Positions 12,891 through 25,104 of a DNA stretch of 64,000 nucleotides are shown here, one piece after another (the stretch's first letter is position 1; each line of letters starts with the position of its first letter). The translations under genes and the position numbers were made by a program. Below the pieces are notes generated by a model. It saw nothing but the letters and a program-made list of their open reading frames with translations. It searched no databases and was not told the DNA's origin. Source of the DNA: Octopus sinensis. Its lineage: Eukaryota. Location of the stretch: positions 48,236,001 through 48,300,000 of the forward strand of contig NC_043012.1 in NCBI RefSeq assembly GCF_006345805.1, in the 5' to 3' direction.

Positions 12891-14289
12891 GAATACTTGC
12901 ATGCACACGCATACACATTATGTTCATACATACATATCAATATATATGTGCGTGTGTGTATGTGTGTGTGCATATATGTATGTGTATATATTTTTGTATA
13001 AAGCATATTACTACATGTGTAGGTGTATAGATCTAATGCACATAAACACAGACACATATGTATGTGTGTTTCTGTGTATGTGCATTTGTGTTTCCGTGTA
13101 TGTGTATGTGTGTTTATGAGTATAGAATATTAGTTGTACTTTCTTAGAAAAATCCATAGTTCATGATTAAGGTGTGATAAAGAAAGAATAACCGGTAAAA
13201 GATAAATATATACCGCTATAAGAATTCACTACAAAATGAAAATCATTTCCTTATAGTTGTATTGTCAAGAAGTGTTATAAAATTTTGAATGTATCCTACC
13301 AAGCGAGAGAAACGGATTACAAAATTTTGTAAGAACTGAGAATTAGAATTGTAGTACGGAATATTTATAAAAGAGAATAACAGTTAGATTCGATAAAGAC
13401 TTAATGACGAAGAATTATAAACCTTTTTATTTAATAACTCAACCTTGACAATGTAAAACTTAAATTCCCTCCTCAAACTATTTATTATTCTGAAATATAA
13501 AGCCATGTAGTTTATATGTATATATATATCTTTAGATGTATCAATATGTCTTATATCACTGAGGGAGGAACTACTCCACCTAAGAATGGAAACTGCAGCC
13601 AATATCCTACGGGGTGTACACATGGTGTCCCCTTGATATATTTTACTATGTAAGAAATGTATTAGAGACATCAGGTGGAATTCATACTTTAAATTTTCAA
13701 AGTAGACTTATTGTGACCTTTCGCACGACATATCTTTCTACAGCTCACCTGTTTGATGTAGTTCTCTTCATGAGTCAACCATATGCCAAAGTTTAGCATT
13801 TGGAATCGAGAATACCAGGTGGACAATGCCGTCGGCGATAAAAGCAACTCTCGAATGCAATAAAGATTTAGTGACTGGGACGATTGAGCCACGATCGCCG
13901 GGAAACGACAAAGCATTGGCAAGAATAGTCTGAGCTGTCTCTTCTAGTGGTACTTACACATCAGGATCAATGGTCAACTATGAAAGTTATTAACATATCA
14001 GTGCTACAGAGTGCATTACCTACAGATCTTGTTGTGTAGAGCAACAAGATACGAAAGTGCCGAAAGTCGAAACTACCGAAGATGCATGCAAGGAGACGAA
14101 TTTGTGCAGTGTCTCGGTAATACTTGCTTGTGGGCTTTTGCCGAGCAGCTGCTTTCACAAATAAGAGAGATCTAGATAGCTGAATCTATAGTGAACCTCG
14201 AGGCATCACCTTCCTTTGGTACTGAGGACAGTTAGTCATCCTCTGTCAGTATATACACTGGCTGTGGTGAGATTTTGCGTCTGAAAGTT

Positions 14290-14496
14290 TTCAAGACAAA
14301 CATTTTCTATTCTGGCAAATTTTCCTCAACTTCGATAACAATTGAAGAGACATGTAGGAAAGGAAGAGAGGCCTTGTCTTGTAATGTCCATACCGAAAAG
14401 TGGACTGACATCATCACTAGAGTCAGTCATTCAACGGTGCCCAGAGCAGTTATCGGTTGAGAGGACAGCTTCCCCATCGGTTGCCAGCTAGGGATT
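14290..14496 (+). mobile_element. Possible decayed RTE-clade LINE 3' end followed by a (GAA)n tail
   Basis: TIEETCRKGREALSCNVHTEKWT aligns loosely to the RTE C-terminal pattern TVEGxRRxGRPRKSWxDNIKEWT. It is followed by GGGATTAA(AGA)n. Confidence 0.4.
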
Positions 14497-14636
14497 AAAG
14501 AAGAAGAAGAAGAAGAAGAAGAAGAAGAAGAAGAGAAGAAGAAGAAGAAGAATAGTAGAAGAAGAAGAAGAAGAAGAAGAAGAAGAAATAGTAGAAGAAG
14601 AAGAAGAAGAAGAAGAAGAAGAAGAAGAAGAAGAAG

Positions 14637-14668
<32 letters not shown>

Positions 14669-14777
14669 GTAGTAGTAGAAGAAGCGGAAGAAGTATTAGT
14701 AGAAGAAGAAGAAGAAGAAGAAGAAGAAGAAGAAGAAGAAGAGAAGAAGAAGAAGAAGAAGAAGAAGAAGAAGAAGA
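14497..14777. repeat. (GAA)n microsatellite
   Basis: Visible array with a few TAG interruptions. Confidence 0.95.
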
Positions 14778-14782
14778 TTATT

Positions 14783-14993
14783 TCTACTCTCGGAACAAGA
14801 CCCGAAACTTTCGGGGAGGAGGCCAGTCGATTAGATCGACCCCAGTACGCAACTGCTACTTAATTTATCGACCCCGAAAGCATGGAAGGCAAAGTTGACC
14901 TCGGCGGAATTTGAACTCAGAACGTAGCGGCAGACGAAATACCGCGAAGCATTTCGCCCGGCGTGCTAACGTTTCTGCCAGCTCGCCGCCTTA
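14783..14993 (-). mobile_element. tRNA-derived SINE family A with 15-bp TSD
   Basis: Reverse complement reads AAGGCGGCGAGCTGGCAGAAACGTTAGC...GAGTTCAAATTCCGCCGAGG (A/B boxes). AAGAAGAAGATTATT occurs on both sides (ending 14782, and 14994-15008). Confidence 0.9.
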
Positions 14994-15006
14994 AAGAAGA
15001 AGATTA

Positions 15007-15197
15007 TTAGCACGCCGGATAGTACGCAGAGCAGCATTTTGTCAGTCTTCACGTTCTGAGTTCCAATTTCGCCAAGGCTTACTCTACCTTCCCTCCTTTC
15101 GGGGTCGATAAAAGAAGTACCAGCAGAGCATTGAGGTCACTGTAACTGCTCTCCTCCCGCAAAATGTCAGATCTTATGCCTATTGTAGAAAGAATTA
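15007..15197 (+). mobile_element. SINE family A, diverged, head-truncated
   Basis: TTAGCACGCCGG...GAGTTCCAATTTCGCC...CCTTTCGGGGTCGATAAAAGAAGTACCAG. Confidence 0.75.
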
Positions 15198-15811
15198 TCA
15201 TTTTTCTCATTCTTATTGCTGCCGTTGTTGTTGTCGTCGTCGTCATCGTCGTTGTTGTTGAAGATGATGATGATGTTCACCTGCGCAACTTCAAGAAAAA
15301 GCAGATTTGAAGTAAAGGAAATCGAAATCGGCTGGTCCTTTTTATCATACGCCCCAAGTCCCGAGACGGTAAAGGCACTGATTAAAGGAAGAAAACTGCC
15401 AATGACCTTGAAATAGAAAAACCAGAGCAAAATAATGCCATGTAGTTGAAGCAACGCGCGAAAGGGTATCCGCGGCACACAGAACCTGTTTTATAGCTTT
15501 TCGAGTCAGAAAGGAGAAGCTGTTGTAAATACGGTCAGAAAAGAAAATTGCATTACTGACTAAGGAGGAGATTGGGGTATAGCTGCAACGAACAACAGAA
15601 TGATAGGCTCAACTCCTAAATCTTATCAGCTACTTAAGATGTGCTACGCATTGGATGTATAAGATTTTGAAATTCGGACACAACTGCTGATGTTGATAGA
15701 CACAGTGGAGGAAGCCATTTAACGCTGACTTAAGATGGTGGTGAGCTGCCCATATTGTTTATGCACTAGATGTTTGACCTGCCACAGGTTTTGCTGGAAG
15801 AACGATTATTA

Positions 15812-15871
<60 letters not shown>

Positions 15872-16199
15872 CACACACAAAGGTAATATATAAATACACG
15901 TATACATCATCTTATATATCGTAAACAATTTTCGTGAAACATGTTTGCATTGTAATGGGATTTGTAGCCAATAATGAAAAAAATCATCGTCGTCGTCGTC
16001 GTTATCATCATCATCATCATCGTCGTCGTCATCATTATTGTTCAGGCAAGTTTCTATTGCATCATCAGCTACACCTCCGTGTCTGCAGCAATTTGTCTTT
16101 TTGTTGGTGTTGGAAGAATGCAAACTCTTCCCGGTATTGTATTGAATCAGTTTGTTTTCTTATGGAGTTAGGCATCAGTGGTTTGTTGTATTAGTGTTT

Positions 16200-16720
16200 G
16201 TACGTCTCTGTGTTGCATGTGTAATGCGAGTTCTGTTTTCTATTGGATACCCAGCCTGTGGAGTATATTTTGCGGAGGTTGTTTGCTTTATTGTATATTT
16301 ACGGTATAGAGTGTGTCTTATTTTCATGGATTGTTTTATTCGGGTTTTTCTATTGAATTGAGAGTGCATTGCGTGCGATGTGGGCTGTCCCTAGTAGGGC
16401 TATTTTTGGATAAGATGTAGTGTTGACGGTCTAACTATAGCATCTACGTTATTGATATAAGTTTTATTATTATACCCGTTCTCCAATTATTACAAGTTTT
16501 CTTATCACCTTTATGCTCTCCTTTGTAGATCTTTGTACTTTGTCAGTTTCGTTGCTTTCTTTTGGGCAATATTTAGATCAGAAGGGGCTTCAAAGACTGC
16601 GGGTGTTCTTTTTTCCCATCTTTGATTACTATGTCGGGACGTTTAGCCATTATTTCGTTGTCTGCTTGAATTGGCATATCATTGTAGCATAGTTCTTGCC
16701 ATGTAGTTTGTTTGGCTCAA
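16200..16720 (-). mobile_element. Diverged R4/Dong-like non-LTR retrotransposon 3' fragment (REL endonuclease)
   Basis: Minus frame DMPIQADNEIMAKRPDIVIKDGKK..PSDLNIAQKKATKLTKYKDLQ and, after a frameshift, IQKIALLGTAHIARNALSIQ*. A (TTA)n tract lies nearby at 16822-16930. Confidence 0.75.
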
Positions 16721-16858
16721 GTTTATACTATTTACTGTTAGTTTTTATGTTGTAGAACTGGCATATTAGCAGCACTATAACATAAAAATAGTTTTATCCA
16801 GTGGGTGTAACTATGTATTTGGTAATTATCATCATTATTATTATTATTATCATTACTA

Positions 16859-16921
<63 letters not shown>

Positions 16922-18546
16922 CATTATTAGCATCATCATTATCATCATTATTTTATTTATTGTTGTTGTTGTTTTTGTTTTTGTTGTTGGTTATCATCAT
17001 CATCTTCCTCATACAACCAGAGTAGTAGTTATAAAAATACGACTGGCTTGTCTAGTCTATACGTAAACTTGATTATATGAATAATGACCTCGCTGTGACC
17101 ACACGAACACTATTTTTCGTTTTAATGATCACCATTTTACAATTAACGGTTGCAGCAATGATTATAGATGAATGAATAGTTTTCGCAAACTCAGAGCATG
17201 AACATATAGTGATATTCACTGTCTCTTTAAGTACTTCTATCTATTATTACTTTAGTGACAGTAGCCTGGCTTTTTAATCAGTGACCCATTCTTCTCTTGA
17301 AAATATCGGAATTCACATTAAACCAGGACATAAGACACATCAGTTTGCGATCTTGTAAGTTGTTGAGCAGATAAACAGATTAGCTTTCTTATATGAAACA
17401 CTGTGGGAAATAGATTTCTAATGTACTTTTCTCCCTTGTAATATCAAACCACAAGTGTCTCCTCGAAATGTCAATCTAATGACGTCTCCTTTTATTTATT
17501 TAATATAAACAAATTTCTGCATTTTGATTATTGGTCTTTTTAACTTGAAATATCTCGATAGAATAGGATGTGACAGGAGGGTTTGTAGTTGGAAATCAAG
17601 CAAATTAATTCTAGTCCTTTTGCCTAAGTTAAAGGATATAACTATAATTCGTTGAACGCTTGACAATCTAATATAATATATGCAGAGAATAACGAAAGTC
17701 TACTTGTATTATTGAAGTTTCTCGCTGTGAACAGGATATTATTATATTTAGACAATTCTATAGAAATTCATTGTATATATATATGTTAGTGTATGTATGC
17801 AACTGTGTCGAGCATACGTATACTTGTGTCTTTATGTGTATCGTATCATGTAAAGCCAATACTGAGGATGGTCTTGCAATAAAAGAAAATTTATTTTTAC
17901 CGCTACTTTCTCTTTCTGATCTACTCCAGTCTGGAGATACGCAATACTGTTCGTATTTCGTCTGATCATATAAATGCATATATGTGCGTGGCCCATTGCA
18001 TAATGTGCAAAAATATTTCTGATTGGGTAAGGAGTTCGCTTCTCAATTATGATGTGCTTGGTGTCCCACTGCGTTATAACTTGGGCAAGACATGTGAGAG
18101 GATTTAATAGACATAAACTGAAAGAAACCCGTCAATGGGAGCACATTGTTGACAATTCCCATTAGAATGAAACTGTGCAGTCCTCTGTTCTGGCTTCTCT
18201 TCGCTCATGAGGCAATTATCTATTCTATCAGTATATATAAATTTGCTTTTATGCAGCTATAAGCGATTTATTTTTAGCAATCTATGTGCTCGTGGTACGT
18301 ACAGGCTCTATTGGTGACGACTAAATTTTGCCCATACGTTGTAAATTGCACCCAAATGCCCACATTAACTATATACCACTGTCTTGTGTTGTGGTTAGAA
18401 GGACAAGAAATGCTAGTACAATATAAACCCGCTTACGTTAACCATAATGATCGGTTACAAAAGTTATTTGAAAAATCTGAGCATTCATCTCTGAATCACG
18501 CACATACACATACACATACACACATACATACACACATACACACACG

Positions 18547-18577
<31 letters not shown>

Positions 18578-18604
18578 GTGTGTGTGAGGGGGTAAACATT
18601 TTTG

Positions 18605-18910
18605 AGAATAAGATTAAAAAAACCTGGGCAGTGAAGATTTTAGAACATTTATAAATAGAAAGTATTACAGCTGTTTCCATATTTATTATATCTCTTCATC
18701 AGATACTATGAGAGGAAATGGTTAAGAAATAGTTAATTTAGATAAGATACTCTCTATTTCGTATCTTATCTAAATTAACTTTTGCTTAACCATTTTCTCA
18801 CACCGTCTCTGATGAAGGAACATAATAAATATCCTGGAAACAGCTGTAAAACATTCTATTTATAAATGTGCTAAACTCTTCACGGCCTTGGGTTTTTTTA
18901 ATCTCATTCT
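18605..18910. mobile_element. 306-bp foldback (palindromic) element with a hammerhead-like core in each arm
   Basis: Arms ~18605-18750 and 18761-18910 are imperfect reverse complements around a 10-nt spacer, with innermost GTTAATTTAGATAAGATAC / GTATCTTATCTAAATTAAC perfect. CTGATGA...GAAACAGCTGTA occurs on minus at 18707-18661 and on plus at 18809-18848. Confidence 0.75.
18661..18707 (-). ncRNA. Minimal type I hammerhead motif with palindromic stem III
   Basis: AGTAT-CTGATGA-AGAGATATAATAAATATG-GAAAC AGCT GTA-ATACT. Stem I AGTAT/ATACT is perfect and ACAGCTGT is palindromic, but stem II is degenerate. Confidence 0.55.
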
Positions 18911-19106
18911 GATATAAATGTATATATACACATGCTGATATACGACCTACGTTGGACTCCTTATTCGCACAATCACCGAACCCGGAGTTTAACTATGGTC
19001 TATCCATAGCACTTACTCAGCATTACCTCACACCTTTGGGTCTTACTGACACCATTACCTCTTATAATCTCTCTCTCCCTCTCTCCCTCTCCCTCTCTCC
19101 CTCTCT

Positions 19107-19162
<56 letters not shown>

Positions 19163-19225
19163 TTAAATATTTGTTGTGCAAGATTTTTTATTGGCTAAAC
19201 TGGCAATATGACCATTCCGAAATAT

Positions 19226-19267
<42 letters not shown>

Positions 19268-19298
19268 CAAATGATAAGAAGATGTTCGCCAAACTCAC

Positions 19299-19417
19299 TT
19301 TACGGCTTGATCGTCGGGAAACTCGGATTTTCTGCATGTGAAGAATTCTGACTTTGGCCTGGAACCCGACGGTGTTGATAGCCCAGATTTCTGGCCGAGT
19401 GCTTCTTTAGAAATAAT
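19299..19417 (-). other. Candidate internal coding exon of an unidentified host gene
   Basis: GC-richer island between AT microsatellites; acceptor tttag| and donor AA|gtgagt; open frame IISKEALGQKSGLSTPSGSRPKSEFFTCRKSEFPDDQAV. Protein not recognised. Confidence 0.22.
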
Positions 19418-20114
19418 CTAAATTTACACCTTATCAGGACCTTAGACTTTTATGATATGTGTATATATAGGGTGACAGGTAAACTCACATTCACAGAAAT
19501 ACATTATCGCACACATTCGCTCACGCTGACGCATGGACATACACACACACACATACATACATACACACACACATTCGTGATATAAACATAAAGAGGAAGG
19601 CGATGATATTTCTTTGCAAGCCAGTGATTCCTGCTTCTTTTGTTACGTGCAACGCCGTATGCTTCGGAGCGATTATGTATGCAAGTGTAAGAATGAATGT
19701 ATGTGTCTATATATCCAACTATATCTAAATACACTCACACTCACACACACACACATGCACACACACACACCCAAACACTACCACACGTATATACACACAT
19801 ACAAAAGCATACGTACATACATATAAACATACACATAAACAGACATATATATATATATATGAAACTTATACATATGCATGTGTTTGTGTATGTGTGTATG
19901 TGTGTGTATGTATATGTGAGCACACGTGTGTGCTTGTGTGCCAGTAAATGCTTACGGTTTCGTGTGACTTTAGAGACAATGTTATTAAGCTATAAAGTTA
20001 TTAATAGCGCAGCTGTTAATTAGATTTTATTCTTATTAGCAACGATAGCACTTTATATTTCTCTTCATCTTTTATCACAGCTAACAGTATTTTATTATAG
20101 ACGTGGGTGCGCCC

Positions 20115-20154
<40 letters not shown>

Positions 20155-20273
20155 ACTTATATGCATGTGTGTGTAAGTATAACCATGTGTACATAAATAT
20201 AAACATATATATGCATATATGCAAATATGTGTGTGCGTGCGTATGAACCTATGTGTGTGTACATGTATGTATG

Positions 20274-20318
<45 letters not shown>

Positions 20319-20342
20319 TATATATATTTATAAATAATAATA

Positions 20343-20426
<84 letters not shown>

Positions 20427-21013
20427 CGACAGAGAAAGATTAATATAAGTTCGTCCGCGTATAGATAGATACGCTTCTGCATGTGTTTTCGTGTGTCTGA
20501 ATGTATGTGTGTTTGTGTATGCGAAGAAGTATGTCTATAAATCCGGAAATATATTATATAAACGAGAGATAAGGAGAAAATGAGAAAAAAGTGACTGTAT
20601 TGATGTTTATCAATCAAATCTGTAATGAAATTAGCAGCTAACCGCTCTTGTAAATCCAGTTAGTTGTTTATATATTAAGCTTTATTCTCAAAGACCAAGG
20701 AAGCATTCTGTTTCTTCACTTTCATCTACATATCTCTCACACTTTCTTTCGCTCTTCCTCTCCCTCTCTTTCTCTTCTTTTCTTTCTCTTTCTCTCTGCA
20801 TAATACATCTCAGATAATTCAGTCTCTAGAATTGTTACATCAAATGACGTGCTGCGTGGCAATCAGTTGTGCCGTACGATCAAATCATGCCAACGTCGAC
20901 AACAACTCATTTCTTTTTTAGTGGTTAATAAGTAAATATCTCTGAAACACTAAACAAATACTGGGGCTGATTAAGATAATTGTTCCCTGCTCCAAGACGT
21001 AGATATTATTATT

Positions 21014-21181
21014 TCTAAGGCAGCGCGCTGGCAGTATCTTGCTTTTCATCCTTTCGGTATCTTTGCTGTTCATCCTTTCGGGGTCGATGAAATAATTACC
21101 AGTAAAGCACTGAGATCAATGTAATCGACTAGTCCCTTCCCCCAAAATTTCAGGTCTTGTGCATTTAGTAGAAAGGATTAC
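21014..21181 (+). mobile_element. SINE family A, internally deleted
   Basis: AAGGCAGCGCGCTGGCAG head fused directly to TTTCATCCTTTCGGGGTCGATGAAATAATTACCAG and the tail. Confidence 0.75.
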
Positions 21182-21221
21182 TATTTTTTGTTGTTGTTGT
21201 TATTATTATTATTATTATTAT

Positions 21222-21793
21222 TCAGTAGTTTTATTTTTATAGCGTGCTTTCACTTCACTACCGAGCGCAGCTCTGTGTGCCTTGGGTATGTGCTGTGATT
21301 TGTTGTGATGCTCTGATGGTTATTGTATGGAAAGTGTTCTGCGTAGGATGTGTGCAGTGCCTAGCAGTGCAATTTTCTGTATGTTATATGTGTTTGTAAG
21401 TCCTGGTGTTTTTGTTATGTATTTGTCTGAATATTTTTTTATCATGCCTAATGCACCTACTATGATAGGAATTGTTTCTGTTTTCAGATTCCACATTCTA
21501 GTTACCTCTATTTCCAGGTCTTTGTATTTTGAGAGTTTCTCCATTTCTTTTAGAGACACGTTGTCATCAGCCGGTATTGATACATCAATTAGAAAGCATT
21601 TTTTTTCTTCATGATCTCTGACAACTATATCTGGTCTGTTGGCCTTAATTTCTCTATCTGTGTATATCGGCATATCCCAGAGTATGGTTGCTTTCTTGTT
21701 TTCTGTGACCTTTTCTGGTGTGTGCCTATACCATCTTTTTTCTGTTGTTATTCCATAATGTTGGCATAGCTTCCAATGTATGTAGGTTCCAAC
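21222..21793 (-). mobile_element. R4/Dong-like non-LTR retrotransposon, 5'-truncated young copy (REL endonuclease) in (TAA)n
   Basis: Stop-free frame 21793-21320: VGTYIHWKLCQHYG..WYRHTPEKVTENKKATILWDMPIYTDREIKANRPDIVVRD..CFLIDVSIPADDN..KEMEKLSKYKDL..PIIVGALG..IQKIALLGTAHILRRTLSIQ* (PD..D..K REL motif). About 100 nt of 3' UTR then (TAA)n; the 5' junction is also (TAA)n. Confidence 0.92.
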
Positions 21794-21799
21794 TTATTA

Positions 21800-21834
<35 letters not shown>

Positions 21835-21861
21835 GTTATTATTATTATTATTATTATTATT

Positions 21862-22373
21862 CAATGTTTGACTTTTGCTTTACATTTGTACAAGTTGGCT
21901 CCAAGTCTCACCCAGAGACCTCAAGAGGCAACAAGTTGGAAGTTCGTGTTGCTGTTATGCCTAGGGTGCCATATATTTGATTTTGTATTTAGTGTTGTAC
22001 AAGTGAATGTCTAAAAAACCATACGAAAATTATGTTTGTTTTAAAACTTGAGATTACATAGAAAGTATTTTGCGTAGGATATGAGCAGTTCCTATGAGCA
22101 CTATCTTTTGAATTTCTGCCATTTATGGGTTTCCTGGTATTTGAGTTAGGTAGCAATCATCCCCTTTTGCTATCATTCCTATGGCACATATGACAACAGA
22201 TATTGTTTTAGACTTCAAGTTACACATTTTGCTGATTTCTATTTGAAGATCTTTATATTTGCTCAGTTTTGGTAGGTCTTGACAGATACGTTTATATCGA
22301 TTGGTACAGTCATATCAATGAAGAGGCATGTTTTCTGTCTGAAGTCTTTCAGTATGATGTCTGGTGTCTCCCT
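21862..22373 (-). mobile_element. R4/Dong-like element, second diverged subfamily
   Basis: PDIILKDFRQKTCLFIDMTVPIDINVSVK/KLSKYKDLQIEISKM..IQKIVLIGTAHILRKILSM* with a frameshift and a stop. The 3' end abuts (TAA)n. Confidence 0.85.
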
Positions 22374-22539
22374 GTAACTTAGGAAAGAGAAACGTACTGT
22401 ATACATTGGTAGGTCTTTAAAACAAAAGCACCAGAATGCTCATTTACAGTGCCATGTGAGAGAAAAGAAGAGGAAGACAGAGAGAAAAAAAGAAATTAAA
22501 AATAGAGAAGTAAACAAATAAAACAAAGGGAGGGAAAAA

Positions 22540-22980
22540 TTAAAGAAAATTATCAGCGACAATGCTCTTCTCCATACGCGTGACGTATCAGTTAAGACAA
22601 TCTTTTGCACTTCCTGCATGGATGGTGAGCATGAGATCATTCTTGAATAATTTTCAGTTCCATTTTTGATCATTCAACGTGCTCCTACAATCACTGGTAT
22701 TGTTTAGCAATTATTATTATTACTTTGTTGGGTTTATTAACTTTCCATTTGCTTTCCCTTGTAAACCGTCTTGAGATGCCGCATCTTTCCGATTTCGATT
22801 AGCAGATCTTTATATCTTCTGAGCTTATCAATTTACCGAGATATCATGGTGACATGGTATGCTCATGTCAATTAATAAACAATTAATAAACAATTAATAA
22901 ACTTATTGCTTTTGTCTTTCACAAGAATATCTGGTTTATTTGCCTTGATGGTCCCATCTGTACATACTGAGAATTCCCGA
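22540..22980 (-). mobile_element. R4/Dong-like element, third decayed subfamily fragment(s)
   Basis: VCTDGTIKANKPDILVKDK; KLRRYKDLLIEIGKM; PVIVGA..MIKNG..MQEVQKIVLT..WRRALS. Confidence 0.7.
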
Positions 22981-23005
22981 ATTATTATTATTATTATTAT
23001 TATTA

Positions 23006-23072
<67 letters not shown>

Positions 23073-23098
23073 TAATATTATCATTACGATTATTATAA

Positions 23099-23400
23099 TT
23101 CAGTAGTTTTATTTTTATATCGTGCTTTCACTTCACTACCGAGCGCAGCTCTGTGTGCCTTGGGTATGTGTTGTGATTTGTTGTGATGCTCTGATGGTTA
23201 TTGTATGGAAAGTGTTCTGCGTAGGATGTGTGCAGTGCCTAGTAGTGCAATTTTCTGTATGTTATATGTGTTTGTAAGTCCTGGTGTTTTTGTTATGTAT
23301 TTGTCTGAATATTTTTTTATCATGCCTAATGCACCTATTATGATAGGAATTGTTTCTGTTTTCAGATTCCACATTCTAGTTACCTCTATTTCCAGGTCTA
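23099..23400 (-). mobile_element. R4/Dong-like short 3' copy
   Basis: DLEIEVTRMWNLKTETIPIIIGALG...ILRRTLSIQ* plus a 3' UTR nearly identical to the 21222 copy; (TAA)n on both sides. Confidence 0.92.
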
Positions 23401-23401
23401 C

Positions 23402-23482
<81 letters not shown>

Positions 23483-23508
23483 TAATATTATCATTACGAT
23501 TATTATAA

Positions 23509-24104
23509 TTCAGTAATTTTATTTTTATATCGTGCTTTCACTTCACTACCGAGCGCAGCTCTGTGTGCCTTGAGTATGTACTGGGTTTGTTGTGATGCTC
23601 TTATGATTACTGCATTGAAAGTGCTTTGCGTAGGATGTGTGCAGTGCCCAGTAGTGCAATTTTCTGTATGTTATATGTGTTTGTAAGTCCTGGTGTTTTT
23701 GTTATGTATTTGTCTGAATATTTTTTATCATGCCTAACACACCTACTATGATAGGAATTGTTTCTGTTTTTAGATTCCACAGTCGAGTTACCTCTATTTC
23801 TAGGTCTTTGTATTTTGAAAGTTTCTCCATTTCTTTTAGAGAAACGTTGTCATCTGTTGCTATTGATACCTCAATTAGAACGCAATTTTTTCTTCCTGAT
23901 CTCTGACAACTATATCTGGCCTATTGGCCTTAAATCCTCTGACTGTGTGTACTGACATATCCCAGAATATGGTTGCTTTCTCATTTTCTGAGACCTTTCC
24001 TGGTGTCTGCCTATAGCATCTTTTTTCTGTTGTTATTCCATTAGTGTTGGCATAGCTTCCAGTGTATGTATGTCGCAACTCTGTCGTGTCTGTGAATATA
24101 TTCC

Positions 24105-24106
<2 letters not shown>
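23509..24106 (-). mobile_element. R4/Dong-like 3' copy, longer and more mutated
   Basis: KEYIHRHDRVATYIHWKLCQH*..KATIFWDMSVHT..FKANRPDIVVRDQEEK..; homologous to the 21222 copy; (TAA)n flanks. Confidence 0.9.
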
Positions 24107-24164
<58 letters not shown>

Positions 24165-24200
24165 GTTATCATCATCATCATCATTATTATCATCATCATT

Positions 24201-24250
<50 letters not shown>

Positions 24251-25104
24251 TTCATCATCATCATCATCATCATTATTATCATCTAGTTCTATAATTTTCT
24301 TCTTTAATGAGAAACAATTCATGTTTACGATTGCTGCCATTAACTTCTTAACTGTTTCTCTCATGCGACATCTGTACATATTTCTGGACGGTATCTACGC
24401 GATCAGCTTCTAGTATCAGCATTTTTCTGTTGGTAACGTGCAAATCCTAAACTTGTCCGTGTAGCCAGCCATCTTGAATATCCGAAATGTTTCAAAATTT
24501 TTATCTGCTAATCTCAGGAAAATTTAAATACAGCATGAATTACGCTTTCGAAAACATATATTCTTTATCTGTTTGACACTTAACAACTTTTGAGCAATAT
24601 TCAGCTGTTTTTGTACACAAAACTTCATTTAAAATTCCCATGCGATCTCAACATGGACCTAAAATATCATTCCAATATACTGCTAACGCAAAGTTTCAGA
24701 ATAATCTTAAGAATCATTTGAAGAAATATTGTTACTTGGTATGTGTAAGGGCATCAAAAAACCCCAAATTCAAAAATGCCTTCACTGCTACACATGACTT
24801 GAACCATCGATCCATCGTTCTGACATTATTATCAAGGCTTCATTCCCTTCCTCAAAACCTGGTTCGACTTCGTGAGACGTAAATACTGAGTTTAGGAGAG
24901 ACACGAGTGTATGTGTGATGCGGAAACTCATTTGTCACTGTTAAACTAAAGGGTATACGTTATGCAACGAGAGTAGAAGTTATAAAGATACGACCGGGTG
25001 GTCCAGTCTGCACACAAACTTGACCTTGCTCGAAGATAACACTGCTAGGGCAGGGGAATTCCTATATAGCCTTGTGATCTAGTTGAAATCATTCATGTAA
25101 AAAT

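Noticed and set aside
13559-13605. CTGAGGGAGG...GGAAAC-TGCA-GCC hammerhead-like string
   Set aside because: The core has an extra base, the cleavage triplet is GCC, and stems I and II are not convincing. At best a heavily decayed relic.
24285-24490. Possible upstream CCHC zinc-knuckle part of the R4-like element (CRMRETV)
   Set aside because: The Cys/His spacing is not preserved, so it cannot be supported as part of the element.
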